64,000 nt of DNA from Candidatus Eiseniibacteriota bacterium (GTDB taxonomy: Bacteria > Eisenbacteria > RBG-16-71-46 > CAZAMP01), in the NCBI GenBank assembly GCA_965224245.1, contig OZ245046.1:3680001-3744000 (forward strand), read 5' to 3'. Each line of letters starts with the position of its first letter. Within the stretch, counting starts at the first letter, position 1. Under the pieces are notes generated by a model. That model was not told where the DNA came from, made no database searches, and worked only from the letters and a program-made list of their open reading frames with translations. This document shows, one piece after another, positions 9,310 through 20,077 of this stretch. The position numbers and the translations under genes are program-made.

Positions 9310-12300
9310 CTACCGAATCGGGACCTTCAGCGTCCGAACGCCGTCGGTGCGCGTCAATCGAAGCACGTAGACACCCGCCGCGACGCGCCGGCCGCGATCG
9401 TCCCGCCCATCCCACACGACCTCGTGATCACCCGCACCGAACGTGCCGTGCGCGAGCGACGCGAGTCGCCGGCCGCGGACGTCGTAGAGCCCCAGATCCA
9501 CGAGCTCTCCACCGGCGTCGAGCCCGAACGCGGCGAACCGCACGCGCAGCGTTCCGGCGGTGAGCGGCAGCGGCGATGCACCGAGCAGGACGCGCGGGCG
9601 CGGCGTCTCGGCCGCGAGCACGTACGGCTCGTCGAGCCCGTTGACCGCGGTGAGCCGGTATCCCGCACCCGCCGATCCGTCCGGGTCGAGGTACGTGCTC
9701 TCGCGGAGATCGCCGGTGATCGGCTGCCACGCATCGCCCCCGCTGTCGCGGCGCTCGAGGCGATAGCGGATGCCCGCGTCGGGGCCGGGGCGCGTCTCCC
9801 ACGCCAGGTGAACGCCGTCGGCCTCGTGGCTGGTGCGGAAGTAGAGCAGCGAGATGTTCGTCTCGACCGTGAAGAGCCCGTCCGTGATCACCTCGCCCGA
9901 GACGTCGGGGTTCGACGGCGAGAGCCTGAGGCGGGCGAACCGCGTGGGCCGGTGCGGCACCTGGATCTCGGTCGCGTTCAGCGGGGAGCCGCCCGCGTCG
10001 GCCAGGAGTGGCTCCCACGAGGAGCCGCCGTCGACCGACAGCGAGACGTCGACGGGCTCGGATCCGCTCCAGCTCAGGACCGCGCTCGTTCCGACCGTCC
10101 ACGTCTGCCCATCCAGCGGATCGACGTGGTAGCGTGCCGCGTCGATGACCGGGACCAACCCCACCGCCGCGTCGGGAGCGCCGCCGACCACCGCCGCAAA
10201 CGCGTCGGCACCGCGGTCGAGCCCGCCCACGCTGCTCCCGAACGCCGAGCCCGGATCGCCCGGGACGAGCACGTCCGGGCGCGCATCGAGGAGCGGCCCC
10301 CCGAAGTAGATCCCGACGAGCCCCGCGCCGGCCCCGGCGCCCGGGGACCCGATCGCGACGTCGTCGAAGCCGTCGCCGTTGACGTCGGGAACGAACGCGA
10401 GGGCGCTCCCCAGCCGATCCCCGGCGGCGGCACCGGTGATGATGAGGTCGGCCGTGTCGTCGAAGGCTCGCCCCCCGAAGAACACGTGAACCCGCCCTGC
10501 GTCCGCGCCCGCGTGATCATCGGCGGGCGCGCCGACGGCGAAGTCGACGAGGCCGTCCCCGTTGACGTCACGCACCGACGCGATCGCGGTGCCGAAGTCG
10601 CTGTCGGCCACGCCGCGGAGCGTGGGGCTGGAGTGGTAGTAGCCGCTGGTCTCGATCACGCGCAGGGAGACCTCGTCGCGTCCGGCATCGCCGATGGCAT
10701 AGCCGGCACCGTCGATGCCGAGGAGATCCCCGATGGGGCCGCCGCACGATGACCCCTCGAGGCCAGAGTCGTCGGGCTCCCCGCTCATCGGGTCCCCGCC
10801 GGGGAAGATGTAGATGCCCTCGGCACCCGGGTTGGTCACCCCGACGTCGTCATACGCATCACCGTTGATGTTCCCCAGCGAGACGACCAGCTCGCCGAAG
10901 CGGGTCAGGTAGGACCCGTCGACCATCAGGGTGACGTCGGGTGTGGCGTCGACGGCCGGACCGCCGAAGTACACGTACGCGACGCCTTCGCCGTTCCCCG
11001 GCGCGCCGGCGGCGAAGTCGGCGTGGCCGTCCCCGTTCACGTCGCCCACGGCGCAGACCGAGAAGCCGAGCTCGTCGCCGGTCGCGCCGAAGATGCTCAG
11101 GTCGGGGGCCGCGTCCATCGCCGGCCCCCCGAAGAACACGTGGGCGGCGCCGGCGCTCGCGCCGCCGGTGGCGTCGTCGGGCGCGCCGGCGAGCACGTCC
11201 TCGTGGCCGTCGGCGTTCACGTCGCCGAGGATCACCAGACGGGCGCCGAGTCGATCACCGGCGACGCCCGCGGTCAGATCGAGTGCGCGCCGTGTGCTGA
11301 TCGACGGCGGATCTCCCTCGGGCAGGATCGTGAAGAGCTCGCTGACCACCGAGGTTCCGGGGGTCGGCGTGTAGCCACGATAGGTCAGCCGGACCTGTGC
11401 GTTCGCGGTCGGGATCCCCGGGACCGCGATCGTCAGGGAGTTCCGGAGATCCCCGCCGACGTCGGTCGCGACGCGGCTCCAGCTCGCCCCCCCGTCGAAC
11501 GAGAGGTCCACGTCGGCGTGGTCGCGGCCCCGCCAGGACACGGTGGCCGGACGGCCGGCGATCCAGTGCGTGCCGGCCCGCGGTCCCTCGATCTTGTACG
11601 TGTAGTACGTGTAGATGGCGCCGCGCGGCAGCTCCGGGCACACGAACTCGACGAACCCGTCGCCGTTCATGTCCCCCACGCCGAACACGTCATACCGGCT
11701 CGGAGAAAGATCGGACGTCGAGCTCAGATAGGATCCGCCGAAGCGGATTCCCCCCTCCACACAGACATCCGGAGACCCATCGCGGTTGACGTCGCCCGCA
11801 TGGCGAAAGTAGTCGGGGTAGAACGATCCGTACTCGGTGAGGATCTGCGGATTGCTCCACGCACCCGAGAAGATCGACCCGCCGCGATAGAAGAAGAGCG
11901 CGCCGTTGATGGAGTCGTAGCTTCTCGCACCGACGAGGAGATCGTCGATGCCGTCGCCGTCCAGGTCGCCGGGACAGTAGAGCGGATCGCCGAACTCGTC
12001 GCCGTACTCGTACGTCGAGAGACCGAGCACGTGCTCGAAGTTCCCCGCGGGCCGCCCCATGAAGAACTGGACGAACGAGTCGCCGTAGACCTGGGTCTCG
12101 CTGGCGGCGATGTCGCGAAAGCCGTCGCCGTCGAAGTCGCCGGTGGTGAGGCGGGCCCCCACGTGGGACGCGGTGGTGGCGAGGGTGAGATCCGCATTGC
12201 CGTCGGCGTTGTGCCCACCGCGAAAGACGAGAAGCGCCTGGCTGGTCGCATCCCTCGCGATCAGGTCGTCGTCGCCGTCCCCGTCGAGGTCGCCGGCGGC

Positions 12301-12774
12301 CTCGACGTTGTTGATCCCGACGCCGGAGCCACCGAGGACGATGTCGGCCGTGGCATCGAAGCCGGGCCCACCCAGGTAGACGTAGGCCTGCTCGCTGGTG
12401 TAGCTCGTGGCCACGATGTCGCCGTAGCCGTCGTCGTCGTAGTCGAGCGTGGCGAGGTCGAATCCGAGGCTCTCGTTCGCCACCGATCCGTAGATCACCC
12501 GCTGGGGGCTGTTCCGGAGCGTGGATCCCCCGAAGTAGATGTAGATCGCCCCGCGGTACGCGAGCGCCCCCGCCCCGTAGAGCGGGTTGCCGGCAACCAT
12601 GTCCAGGTAGCCGTCCCCGTCGATGTCGACGGGATCGCCCACGTCGCCGGAGAACTCCGAGTAGCCCTGCAGGAGCGTCGCGATGCGCTCCTTGGTGAGC
12701 GCCGGGGCGTCACCCGCCAGCGCCGCCGCGAGAACGACGGGCACCACGAGGACGGCGCAGTGTCGGATCGTCAT
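9310..12774 (-). CDS. Secreted FG-GAP (integrin-alpha-like) repeat protein with Ig-like domains and FlgD-Ig C-terminus
   Basis: Many GDxNGDGxxDxxxGAP repeats. C-terminus YDVRGRRLASL...WDGRDDRGRRVAAGVYVLRL. AGGAGG RBS before ATG 12774. Confidence 0.88.
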   Translation of the reverse strand: MTIRHCAVLVVPVVLAAALAGDAPALTKERIATLLQGYSEFSGDVGDPVDIDGDGYLDMVAGNPLYGAGALAYRGAIYIYFGGSTLRNSPQRVIYGSVANESLGFDLATLDYDDDGYGDIVATSYTSEQAYVYLGGPGFDATADIVLGGSGVGINNVEAAGDLDGDGDDDLIARDATSQALLVFRGGHNADGNADLTLATTASHVGARLTTGDFDGDGFRDIAASETQVYGDSFVQFFMGRPAGNFEHVLGLSTYEYGDEFGDPLYCPGDLDGDGIDDLLVGARSYDSINGALFFYRGGSIFSGAWSNPQILTEYGSFYPDYFRHAGDVNRDGSPDVCVEGGIRFGGSYLSSTSDLSPSRYDVFGVGDMNGDGFVEFVCPELPRGAIYTYYTYKIEGPRAGTHWIAGRPATVSWRGRDHADVDLSFDGGASWSRVATDVGGDLRNSLTIAVPGIPTANAQVRLTYRGYTPTPGTSVVSELFTILPEGDPPSISTRRALDLTAGVAGDRLGARLVILGDVNADGHEDVLAGAPDDATGGASAGAAHVFFGGPAMDAAPDLSIFGATGDELGFSVCAVGDVNGDGHADFAAGAPGNGEGVAYVYFGGPAVDATPDVTLMVDGSYLTRFGELVVSLGNINGDAYDDVGVTNPGAEGIYIFPGGDPMSGEPDDSGLEGSSCGGPIGDLLGIDGAGYAIGDAGRDEVSLRVIETSGYYHSSPTLRGVADSDFGTAIASVRDVNGDGLVDFAVGAPADDHAGADAGRVHVFFGGRAFDDTADLIITGAAAGDRLGSALAFVPDVNGDGFDDVAIGSPGAGAGAGLVGIYFGGPLLDARPDVLVPGDPGSAFGSSVGGLDRGADAFAAVVGGAPDAAVGLVPVIDAARYHVDPLDGQTWTVGTSAVLSWSGSEPVDVSLSVDGGSSWEPLLADAGGSPLNATEIQVPHRPTRFARLRLSPSNPDVSGEVITDGLFTVETNISLLYFRTSHEADGVHLAWETRPGPDAGIRYRLERRDSGGDAWQPITGDLRESTYLDPDGSAGAGYRLTAVNGLDEPYVLAAETPRPRVLLGASPLPLTAGTLRVRFAAFGLDAGGELVDLGLYDVRGRRLASLAHGTFGAGDHEVVWDGRDDRGRRVAAGVYVLRLTRTDGVRTLKVPIR

Positions 12775-13091
12775 GTCGTTGGGCCTCCTGGTTGTGCTGC
12801 CGCGTGGGTATCCGACAGAGAGACACCGACGCCGGGCCAGATCGCACGCGGCCTCGCCGCCTGCGCCGCGAGCGAGTCGACGCGCGGCCCGACCCGGACG
12901 AGAGGCGGGCGTCCCGCCCTCGCCGACCATTCGAACGACGGCCGAACGCCGGGCTCCTCGTCGCCGTAAGTCGTTGTCCCGACACATGGAGATCGCTATC
13001 CTAGGGGGCTCGTGAAACCGACCATGAGCCTCCACCGGCCGCGCTCGCGCCATCCCGTGGAGCCGACTCGGAACGTCCGGCGGAGGAAGAC

Positions 13092-14957
13092 ATGGAGAGA
13101 ATCGTTCTGGCGGTGCTCGTGATCGCGTCGGCTGTCGCGTTCTTGGTTCCGACCTTCCGTCGCTACCAGCTCGTCGCCGTCGGCAAGGGGCCGTGGACGA
13201 TCGATCGCGCCGGCGACCGAATCAGCCGGTTCGTCTCCGAGGTGCTCTTCCAGTCCAAGATCATCCGCGAGCGGCCCGCGGCGGGCCTCATGCATGCGTT
13301 CGTCTTCTGGGGCTTCCTCGCGTTCGCCGTCGAGACGCTCGATCACTTCGTCTCGGGCTTCGGGGGCACCGTGCTCGGGCACGGCGCGGTCGACCAGGTG
13401 GTGTCGATCGTGCTCGTGCCGTTCTCACTCCTCGTCCTCGTGGGAACCGTCTCGCTCGCCTACCGCCGCGCGGTTATCCGCCCGGCGGCGCTGGGCAAGT
13501 TCTCGATGGAATCGATGGTCGTGGCCACGTTCATCTCGATCCTGATGATCACGTATCTGCTGCCGCAGCTCGGTCTCGTGGACGAGGCATCCGCGGCCGG
13601 GCGCATCAACTGGTGGACGCACGCGCTGGTGATCCTCGTGTTTCTCCCCCTGATCGTGCACAGCAAGCATCTGCACCTCGTGCTCTCCCCGGTCACGACC
13701 TTCCTGAAGGACTTCGAGCTGGCGCGCATCCGTCCCCTCGACTTCGAGAACGAGGAGTTCGGCGCCGAGAAGCTCGGCGACCTCTCCAGACACACGCTTC
13801 TCGGCGCGTTCACGTGCGTCGAGTGCGGCCGCTGTCAGGACCACTGCCCGGCCTTCAACACCGGGAAGGTGCTGAACCCCAAGCGCATCATGCTGGATCT
13901 GGAGGACGGCCTTCTGGCCGCATCGGACCCGGCGTCCGCCCGCGAACGCGAGGTGGTCGCCGAGGGCATCCTGTCGGCCGACGCGCTGTGGCAGTGCACG
14001 ACGTGCGGCGCGTGCACCGACCAGTGCCCGGTCGGAATCGATCAGGTGGTGCCGATCCTCGATCTGCGCCGCGGCCTGGTGGCGAACGGCGCGTTCCCGA
14101 GCACGTTCACGACGTTCTTCAAGAACATGGAGACGGCCGGCAACCCATGGGCGTATCCGGCCCACTCGGCGGAGGAGTACCTGGAGAGCGAGAAGCACCC
14201 CGCGTTCGACGCCGAGGAGGTCGAGGTCCTCTACTGGATGGGATGCATGGCGCGGTACGACGACACGTACCGCAAGATCTCCAGGGACTTCACGCGTGTC
14301 CTGGACGCGGCGGGCGTGAAGTGGGGCGTGCTGGAGAGCGAGTGCTGTACCGGTGACGCCGCACGGCGGGCGGGCAACGAGTTCATCTTCTCGGCGCAGG
14401 CCGAGCAGAACATCGAGCTTCTGAACACGGCAAAGCCGAGGCACATCGTCTCGACGTGCCCGCACTGCATTCGCAGCATCGACGAGTACCGCGACTTCGG
14501 GCTGGACGCATCGATCCGGATCAGCCATCACACCGAGCTGATCGCCGACCTGATGGCGGCCGGGCGCATCCCGCAGAAGGAGTCCGCGGAGCGGCAGAAA
14601 ACCGCCTACCACGACCCGTGCTACCTGAGCCGGTACCGCAAGCCCGAGGGCGTCTCGGCCCCGCGTCGGGTGCTCCGCGAGAGCGGCGCCGAGCTGCAGG
14701 AGCCCGAACGCACCGGGACGCGCTCGTTCTGCTGCGGCGCGGGCGGTGCGATGCTCTTCGCCGAGGAGACCGAGGGCAAGCGCATCAACCACGAGCGGGT
14801 CGACGAGCTGCTCGGCACCGGCGCCTCGTCGGTCGCCGTGGGGTGTCCGTTCTGCCGCATCATGCTGGCCGACGGGCTGGCGGATCGTGGTCGAGACGAC
14901 GTGGCCGTCGAGGACGTGGCCCAGGTCGTCGCCTCACGCCTTCCGGACGCGTCGTGA
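13092..14957 (+). CDS. Membrane-anchored Fe-S oxidoreductase (FadF/HdrD/GlpC-like)
   Basis: N-terminal TM region, CVECGRCQDHCP and CTTCGACTDQCP 4Fe-4S motifs, and two CCG domains (ECCTG, YHDPCY, FCCGAGG). Confidence 0.9.
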   Translation: MERIVLAVLVIASAVAFLVPTFRRYQLVAVGKGPWTIDRAGDRISRFVSEVLFQSKIIRERPAAGLMHAFVFWGFLAFAVETLDHFVSGFGGTVLGHGAVDQVVSIVLVPFSLLVLVGTVSLAYRRAVIRPAALGKFSMESMVVATFISILMITYLLPQLGLVDEASAAGRINWWTHALVILVFLPLIVHSKHLHLVLSPVTTFLKDFELARIRPLDFENEEFGAEKLGDLSRHTLLGAFTCVECGRCQDHCPAFNTGKVLNPKRIMLDLEDGLLAASDPASAREREVVAEGILSADALWQCTTCGACTDQCPVGIDQVVPILDLRRGLVANGAFPSTFTTFFKNMETAGNPWAYPAHSAEEYLESEKHPAFDAEEVEVLYWMGCMARYDDTYRKISRDFTRVLDAAGVKWGVLESECCTGDAARRAGNEFIFSAQAEQNIELLNTAKPRHIVSTCPHCIRSIDEYRDFGLDASIRISHHTELIADLMAAGRIPQKESAERQKTAYHDPCYLSRYRKPEGVSAPRRVLRESGAELQEPERTGTRSFCCGAGGAMLFAEETEGKRINHERVDELLGTGASSVAVGCPFCRIMLADGLADRGRDDVAVEDVAQVVASRLPDAS

Positions 14958-14997
14958 GGATCCGCCGACCAGTCGACCGCCGGCGCGGTGCACGACG

Positions 14998-16128
14998 ATG
15001 CTGAGCGTGCCGCGTCCCGGGGCGCGCACGGGCGCCGAGCTCGGGGGACCGGGGCACCTCGCGGCCACGTGCCTGCTCCTCGTGAGCCTGGCCGTCGTTC
15101 CGGCGGTCCACGCCGAGGTCGGTCATCCCGAGCGGAGCATCGTGGGCGTTCCCCAGTTCCGGCACTCGTCGGAGACGGGCTACGGGATCGGCGTGAAGGT
15201 GCTGGCCCTGTTCCGGAGCGCGAACGCCGCGCCGCGGGCGCACACGTCGAGCCTGGGTGGATCGATCGTGGTCACCCAGGAGGATCAGGTGTCGGGCTCG
15301 CTGGTGACCGACGTGACGACGCCGGACGGCCGCCTCTCGGTGAAGACACGCTTCGGATATCGCAACATGCCGCAGCGCTTCTACGGGATCGGCCCCGAGA
15401 CGCCCGGCGAGGCCGAGGAGATCTACACTCCGGACCAGACGCGCTTCTACGTCGAGGTCTTTCGCCGCCTGACGCCTCAGTTCGAGGCGGGGCTCCGATA
15501 CGAGTTCGAGAACGTCGACATCTCAGAGATCGAGCCCGGTGGGCAGCTCGCGGCCGGGTCCGTTCGCGGAAGCGACGGCATGACGGTCTCGGGCGTGGGC
15601 TTCCTGACCACCTGGGACACTCGTGACCAGAGCTACGCGCCCTCGACGGGCACCTACGTCGAGACGCACGCGTACGCGTTCCACGACGCGCTGGGCAGCG
15701 AGTACGACTTCCAGAACTTCATCGTGGACGTCCGGCGCTTCTGGTCGCTCTCGGAGCGGAACGTGCTGGGCGCGCAGGTCTTCTGGTACCACGTGTCGAA
15801 GTATGCGCCCTTCGAACGGCTCGCCTCGCTCGGCGGTCGCTCGCACTCGCGCGGCTACCGGCGCGATCGGTACCTCGATCGATCGCTCCTCGCCATGCAG
15901 GCCGAGCTCCGTTTCGCCTGGCGGCCGCGATTCGGTCTGGTCGCGTTCGGCGGCGTCGCCGCGGTGGGACGGAACTTCGGGTACTTCCAGCTCGAACAGC
16001 TACGCCCGATGGTGGGGGTCGGCGCACGCGTGGGGGTGATCCGGCTCGAGCGGGTGAACCTGCGCTTCGACGCCGCGATGGGGCTCGAGACGCCCCGGTT
16101 CTACCTGTCGTTGAGCGAGGCGTTCTGA
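14998..16128 (+). CDS. Omp85/BamA-TamA family outer-membrane beta-barrel without POTRA domains
   Basis: Signal peptide, WDTRD, LGG..SRGY motif and C-terminal FYLSLSEAF. Confidence 0.82.
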   Translation: MLSVPRPGARTGAELGGPGHLAATCLLLVSLAVVPAVHAEVGHPERSIVGVPQFRHSSETGYGIGVKVLALFRSANAAPRAHTSSLGGSIVVTQEDQVSGSLVTDVTTPDGRLSVKTRFGYRNMPQRFYGIGPETPGEAEEIYTPDQTRFYVEVFRRLTPQFEAGLRYEFENVDISEIEPGGQLAAGSVRGSDGMTVSGVGFLTTWDTRDQSYAPSTGTYVETHAYAFHDALGSEYDFQNFIVDVRRFWSLSERNVLGAQVFWYHVSKYAPFERLASLGGRSHSRGYRRDRYLDRSLLAMQAELRFAWRPRFGLVAFGGVAAVGRNFGYFQLEQLRPMVGVGARVGVIRLERVNLRFDAAMGLETPRFYLSLSEAF

Positions 16129-16147
16129 GGCCGTGTTCGCGGTGCGA

Positions 16148-16930
16148 TCAGTCGCGCCGCGCGAACAGCAGCCCCGACCACGTCGCGTCGATGGCCGCGA
16201 TCTTGTAGTCCACGAATCCGGCGTCCAACCCGAAGCGACGCACGTCGGCCTGGGTCACGTCGGTCGGCACGCCGGACGCGCGCTTCGGCCACGCGATCCA
16301 GATGCCGCCGCCGTCGGCCATCGCGCGCGCGGCGGCCGGAAACCGCTCCACGAGATCGGCCAGCGACCTCGCGAACAGGATGACGCGCTCGGCCCGGCCA
16401 CGGGCCTGGCGCCGGACGGTGACGCCCTCGGGCAGCTCGCCGAGCGTCGCCTCGAAGTCGGAGGGTGCGCCGAGAAGGGTGAGCACCGTGCCCGGCCGGA
16501 TGCCGAGCTTCTTCACGAGCGGCGTCTTCCCCTCGAAGTGCGGAGAGGCCGGCACCACGGGGTCGGCGGGGGGTCCCGATGCGATCGCACGGCGGAGGGC
16601 GCCGCGAATGCGTGGCCACGACGTGTAGGTGGCATCGGGAAGCCGTTCCCGCACCCGCGTGACCTTCTCCTCGGCTCCATCCACGAAGATCAGGGGCACG
16701 TGCCGGGTCCCCCGCTGCTGGCGGAACCAGATGCCGCACTCGCGGCCGTGAGACGGAAGCCGGCCGAGGTCGATCACGATGGCGGCCGGTGGCGCGTCCC
16801 GGTGCGCCCGGAGCCCCTCCCCACCCTGGGCGTGATGGATCACCACGACATACCCGGCGTCTCGCAAGCGCGTCGCGCGCTCGCGGGCCTCGGCCCGGTT
16901 CCAGTGGACCAGGAGAACGCGTGACGCCAT
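16148..16930 (-). CDS. Receiver-like domain fused to a DUF3052-like domain
   Basis: N-terminal CheY-like pattern (VLLVHW...PAAIVIDL...HVPLIFV). C-terminal TPLVKKLGI...IWIAWPKRASGV.TD...VDYKIAAIDATWSGLLF. Confidence 0.7.
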   Translation of the reverse strand: MASRVLLVHWNRAEARERATRLRDAGYVVVIHHAQGGEGLRAHRDAPPAAIVIDLGRLPSHGRECGIWFRQQRGTRHVPLIFVDGAEEKVTRVRERLPDATYTSWPRIRGALRRAIASGPPADPVVPASPHFEGKTPLVKKLGIRPGTVLTLLGAPSDFEATLGELPEGVTVRRQARGRAERVILFARSLADLVERFPAAARAMADGGGIWIAWPKRASGVPTDVTQADVRRFGLDAGFVDYKIAAIDATWSGLLFARRD

Positions 16931-16990
16931 GCTCGTCTCCTTTCCGCTCAGACGACTCTCTGGGGGAGGTGGCTGGCGGCAGCGGGCTCG

Positions 16991-19867
16991 TCAGTCGCGC
17001 TCCCGCACGCAGGTGACCCAGTGACGGGACTCGACGCCGACCCCGTCGGCGATCTGATGGCGGCAGCTGAAGCCCGGGGCGACGACCACGGCTCCCGGCG
17101 CGCGCTCGCGGAGCGCGGGGAAGAGCCGATCCTCACCGATCCGCATCGAGATGTCGACGTGATCGTAGCCGAACGCACCCGCCATGCCGCAACAGCCGGC
17201 GTCCAGATCCCGAACGCGCACGGGGCCCTCACCCGACGCCGCCGACACGCTCGCGAAGAACCGCACCAGGTCGCCGGTCCCGTACAGCGCCTTCTGATGA
17301 CAGTGCCCGTGCAGCAGGATCTCGTCGGCATCGGTCACGAATCCGCGCGGCGCCGAGGCCACGTAATCGGCGGCGATGGACTCGATCGGACGCACACGGT
17401 CAGCGAGTCGGCGCGCGAGCCCCACGTCGTCCATCAGGTCGGGCAGATCGTCGACGAGCGCCGAGAGACAGCTCGGCTCGCAGACCGCGATCATGGTCCC
17501 GTCGGAGTCGAGCGCCGCCTCCATCGCGCTCAGCGTCGCTCGCCCCCTGGCGGCGGCGTCGCGAAGGAGCCCGTTCGAGATCCGGGGACGCTGGCAGCAG
17601 TGTCCGGCCAGAAGATCCACCGCGAAGCCGAGCGCTTCGAGAAGGTGCACGGCCTCGCGCCCCACGTGCGGCTCGTGGTAGTTGATCGTGCAGTCGCCGA
17701 ACAGGGTGATCCGCCGTGGCGACAGGAAGCCGGGTCCGCGTCGCGCGACCCAGCGTTCCAGGGTCTCCGATGCATAGCGCGGGAGCGGGCGGCGCGGATC
17801 CACACCGGCCAGCCAGGTCGCCATGCGTCGCCCGACGGGGTTGGCCATGGCCGCGTTGGCGATCGACGCGAACGGCCCGGACAGCATCCGGGCCACGTCC
17901 ATCGACGCCCCCACGGCGCGTACCTGTCGCGGCACGCCGCGTGCGTCGTAGCGGGCCTGAAGCGCCTCGCTCTTCAGTCGAGCCATGTCCACCCGGCTGG
18001 GACACTCGCTCTTGCACGCCTTGCAGGACAGGCACAGGTCCAGTGCCGCGTCGAGGCTCGGGTCGCCGAGCCCGGCCATGCCGAGCCGTCCCACCATCGC
18101 CCGCCGGAGCGCGTTCGCGCGGCCGCGGGTCGAGTCGATCTCGTTCCGGGTCGCGATGTAGCTCGGACACATTGTCCCCGGGCCGACCTTGCGGCAGGCA
18201 CCGACCCCGGTGCAGAGCTCGACCGCGGCGCGCACGCCGCCGCCGTCACGAAACCGGAAGTGCGTCGCGATCTCGCCGCGCGGATAGTCCGCGCCGTACC
18301 GGAGATGCCGGTCCATGGGTTCGGCGTCGACGATCTTGCCCGGGTTCATCTTGCCGTCGGGATCGAACAGACGCTTCACGTCGCGAAGGAGGCCGTAGAC
18401 GCGGGGCCCGAAGAACGCCTCCAGCCGTGGGCTGCGTACGAGACCGTCGCCGTGCTCTCCGCTCCAGGCGCCGCCGTACTTCATCACCAGCGCCAGTGTC
18501 TCCTCGGAGATCGTCACCATGCGCTGGATGTCGGCCGGCTCCTTCAGGTCCAGGATCGGTCGCACGTGGATCACGCCCACGCTCGCATGTGCGTACATGG
18601 CCACGTCCACGCCCAGCCGGCGGCACAGCGCGACCACCTCGTCTACGTACGCGGCCAGGTGGTCGACCGGCACCGCGGAGTCCTCGATGAACGCGATGGG
18701 CTTCCGCTCGCCCTCGTAGGTGAGCATGATGCCGAGCCCGTCCTTGCGGACCGACCAGACCTCGGCCTGACCAGCGGCGTCGGTGATGGGGATCAGACGC
18801 CGGCAATGCATCCTCTCGCCGATGGCCGACGCGAAGTCGTGTGCCCTGGCCTCGGCCTCGGCCGTCGAGTCCGCGTAGAACTCGACGATCAGCACGGCAT
18901 CGGGCGAGCCCTCGAGAAACGCGCACCGCGGCGCGATCGTCGGGTGCGAGAGCGCGAGACCGACGAAGTGTGAATCCAGGATCTCCACCGCGGACGGCCC
19001 GTGCGTCAGGAACTCCGGCACGGCACCGATCGCATCCCCGCGCGAGTCGAAGTGCGCGATCACGAGCGACTTCGCGGCCGGGACGGGATCCAGGTTCACG
19101 GTCGCCTCGAGCAGCACGCCGAGCGTCCCCTCGCTGCCGGTGAAGAGCCGGGCCAGGTTCCACTCGTCGGTGTCGACGAACGCGTCCAGCGGGTACCCGG
19201 CCACCCGGCGCATGACCTTGGGGTAGCGCGAACGGATCTCATCGGCGTTCGCGGTCACCAGCGCATGGAACGCGCCGCGGATCTCGGCCTCGCGACCGGC
19301 TCCGTCCGGCGCGCGAAACGCGTCGGACGGCTCGGGCCCCAGCGTCATCTCCGTGCCGTCGTAGAGGAGCACGCGCGCGCCCAGCACGTGGTCGATCATC
19401 TTCCCGTGGACGAGGCTCCGCGTTCCCGACGAGTTGTTCCCGATCATCCCCCCGACGTTGGCCCGGTTCCCGGTGGCGGGGTCCGGCGAGAGGTGGAGCC
19501 CGGTCGGGGCCAGCGCCGCGTTCAGTCGATCGCGCACCACTCCGGGCTGGACCCGCGCGCGGCGCGCCCCGACGTCGATCTCCAGGATGCCGTCCATGTG
19601 TGCGGAGAAGTCGATGACCAGGGCGTGACCGACGCTCTGGCCGCCGAGACTCGTTCCGCCGCCCCGCGGCAGGATGGCCGCCCCGTGGCGGCGGGCCGCG
19701 CCGACGGCGGCCCGCACGTCGTCGTCGTCCAGCGGGGTCACGACGCCGATCGGCTCGATCTCGTAGATGCTCGCGTCGGTCGCGTACGCGGTCCGCGTGA
19801 GGGCGTCGAAGCGGACACCTCCGCGCACCACCGCGTGAAGATCGCGTTCGAGAGATGTGACGTCCAC
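16991..19867 (-). CDS. FAD-linked oxidase fused to Fe-S/CCG domains (GlcD/GlpC, YdiJ-like 2-hydroxyacid dehydrogenase)
   Basis: YATDASIY, PRGGGTSLGGQ, GSEGTLG, SGEHGDG, CTGVGAC, CLSCKACKSECP, HGHCHQKA and CCGMAGAFG. Confidence 0.9.
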   Translation of the reverse strand: MDVTSLERDLHAVVRGGVRFDALTRTAYATDASIYEIEPIGVVTPLDDDDVRAAVGAARRHGAAILPRGGGTSLGGQSVGHALVIDFSAHMDGILEIDVGARRARVQPGVVRDRLNAALAPTGLHLSPDPATGNRANVGGMIGNNSSGTRSLVHGKMIDHVLGARVLLYDGTEMTLGPEPSDAFRAPDGAGREAEIRGAFHALVTANADEIRSRYPKVMRRVAGYPLDAFVDTDEWNLARLFTGSEGTLGVLLEATVNLDPVPAAKSLVIAHFDSRGDAIGAVPEFLTHGPSAVEILDSHFVGLALSHPTIAPRCAFLEGSPDAVLIVEFYADSTAEAEARAHDFASAIGERMHCRRLIPITDAAGQAEVWSVRKDGLGIMLTYEGERKPIAFIEDSAVPVDHLAAYVDEVVALCRRLGVDVAMYAHASVGVIHVRPILDLKEPADIQRMVTISEETLALVMKYGGAWSGEHGDGLVRSPRLEAFFGPRVYGLLRDVKRLFDPDGKMNPGKIVDAEPMDRHLRYGADYPRGEIATHFRFRDGGGVRAAVELCTGVGACRKVGPGTMCPSYIATRNEIDSTRGRANALRRAMVGRLGMAGLGDPSLDAALDLCLSCKACKSECPSRVDMARLKSEALQARYDARGVPRQVRAVGASMDVARMLSGPFASIANAAMANPVGRRMATWLAGVDPRRPLPRYASETLERWVARRGPGFLSPRRITLFGDCTINYHEPHVGREAVHLLEALGFAVDLLAGHCCQRPRISNGLLRDAAARGRATLSAMEAALDSDGTMIAVCEPSCLSALVDDLPDLMDDVGLARRLADRVRPIESIAADYVASAPRGFVTDADEILLHGHCHQKALYGTGDLVRFFASVSAASGEGPVRVRDLDAGCCGMAGAFGYDHVDISMRIGEDRLFPALRERAPGAVVVAPGFSCRHQIADGVGVESRHWVTCVRERD

Positions 19868-20077
19868 GCCCTGCTCCGGGTGGTCCCGCTCGGTCCGGTC
19901 GCCGTAACTCACTCGGCCACGGCCCACTATAGCGGCCCTGCCTCCGCGTGTGCAGAACCAAACGGTATACATCATGACCGCGGGAGGAAACGCAACCCAC
20001 GTTCAACTACACCAGTAGATGACGCCGACCCGTCCCCCTCGCACGGCGCTCCCGCGGATCGCAGGAGACCAGCGGAC

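Noticed and set aside
12967-12976. TAAGTCGTTG, an IHF-like site in a divergent promoter region
   Set aside because: A partial match in a single copy is not enough to call.
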